A stretch of 64,000 nt of DNA from Camelus ferus (taxonomy: Eukaryota): positions 76,696,001-76,760,000 of the forward strand of contig NC_045696.1 in assembly GCF_009834535.1 (NCBI RefSeq). The letters are read 5' to 3'. The notes below the pieces were generated by a model that was given only the letters and a program-made list of their open reading frames with translations, made no database searches and had not been told where the DNA came from. The position numbers and the translations under genes are program-made. Every line of letters begins with the position of its first letter. Position 1 is the stretch's first letter. Of the stretch, positions 63,380-64,000 are shown in pieces.

Positions 63380-63560
63380 CATCAGTTTTTGAGTGTTTGT
63401 GCTAGAAGCTGTTCTAGGTGCTTTCCATGTGTTATCTCATTGCTCCTCATAGAAGCTTGACTCAGTAGCTGTCTTTGTTACCCCGTTTTACAGATGACTC
63501 TACTGAGGTACTCCCTCTGCAGATCCAAGTTTTTACAGAGTGAATACGAATGAATTCAAA
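63380..63560 (-). mobile_element. MIR
   Basis: ctgttctaggtgctttccatgtgttatctcatt…ccccgttttacagatga…actgagg. Confidence 0.8.
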
Positions 63561-64000
63561 GATGTTCTGAACATTGGCTGAGCTAAAGATTATGCTTGAG
63601 CTTGAATTCTTTCCCTTGACTACAGTGGGGATTCTTTCAGTCTGAACTCCAGGTTCCCTGAAGCTGATAGCCTGTCCCATCACTAGGAGAGGGAGGGTAA
63701 GGAAGATGTGGCTGATGGTTCCTGCCTTCCAAGAGGCAGGTGGCTGGTGTGCCCTCTCTGGTGGTGGGTAAGATTTGCTGGCGACTTCAGCAGGAAGGTT
63801 GCAGGATTGTGAGGTAGCTCCCATTCTCTCTGTTAGCTCCCATCCTTTGATAGCTGATACCTGGCGCATTGCAGCTTCAGGTTCGTGGCAGACTTTCACC
63901 TTTTAAGCCCTTCTCGTGTAAAATTTTGTAGCCCCCCTCTGCCTGTGTGTCTTGAGGGAAGTGGTGTTCAGCCTTTGGACAGATGTGGACAGCATGTGGA

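Overview
This is non-coding mammalian genomic DNA, very probably from a camelid. The evidence is two tRNA-Ala-derived Vic-1-type SINEs, an artiodactyl-type Tigger2a, young L1 3' ends, and no Alu, Bov-tA, PRE or Can-SINE copies. I find no credible protein-coding exon or RNA gene. The ORF track is made of L1/L2 remnants and chance ORFs. A large part of the window is interspersed repeat: an 8.6-kb nested antisense L1 block (2.2-10.7 kb), many MaLR/ERV1/ERVL solo LTRs, MIR, L2, and hAT/Tigger elements. Between the repeats lie unique stretches that look like enhancers, consistent with a large intron or gene desert. The best sequence-level observations are: (1) an L1 3' transduction bounded by a perfect 17-bp target-site duplication (TSD); (2) a 62-bp perfect duplication with an inverted templated insert at its junction, a template-switch scar; (3) a solo LTR with a ~23-bp-periodic CCAAT/NF-Y array plus TATA and polyA signals; (4) an old ERV1 LTR that has kept CpG-island-like CpG density. 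I cannot support a claim of a new biological system. Repeat family names come from recalled consensus sequences and need RepeatMasker/Dfam confirmation. Most boundaries are approximate unless a TSD is given.
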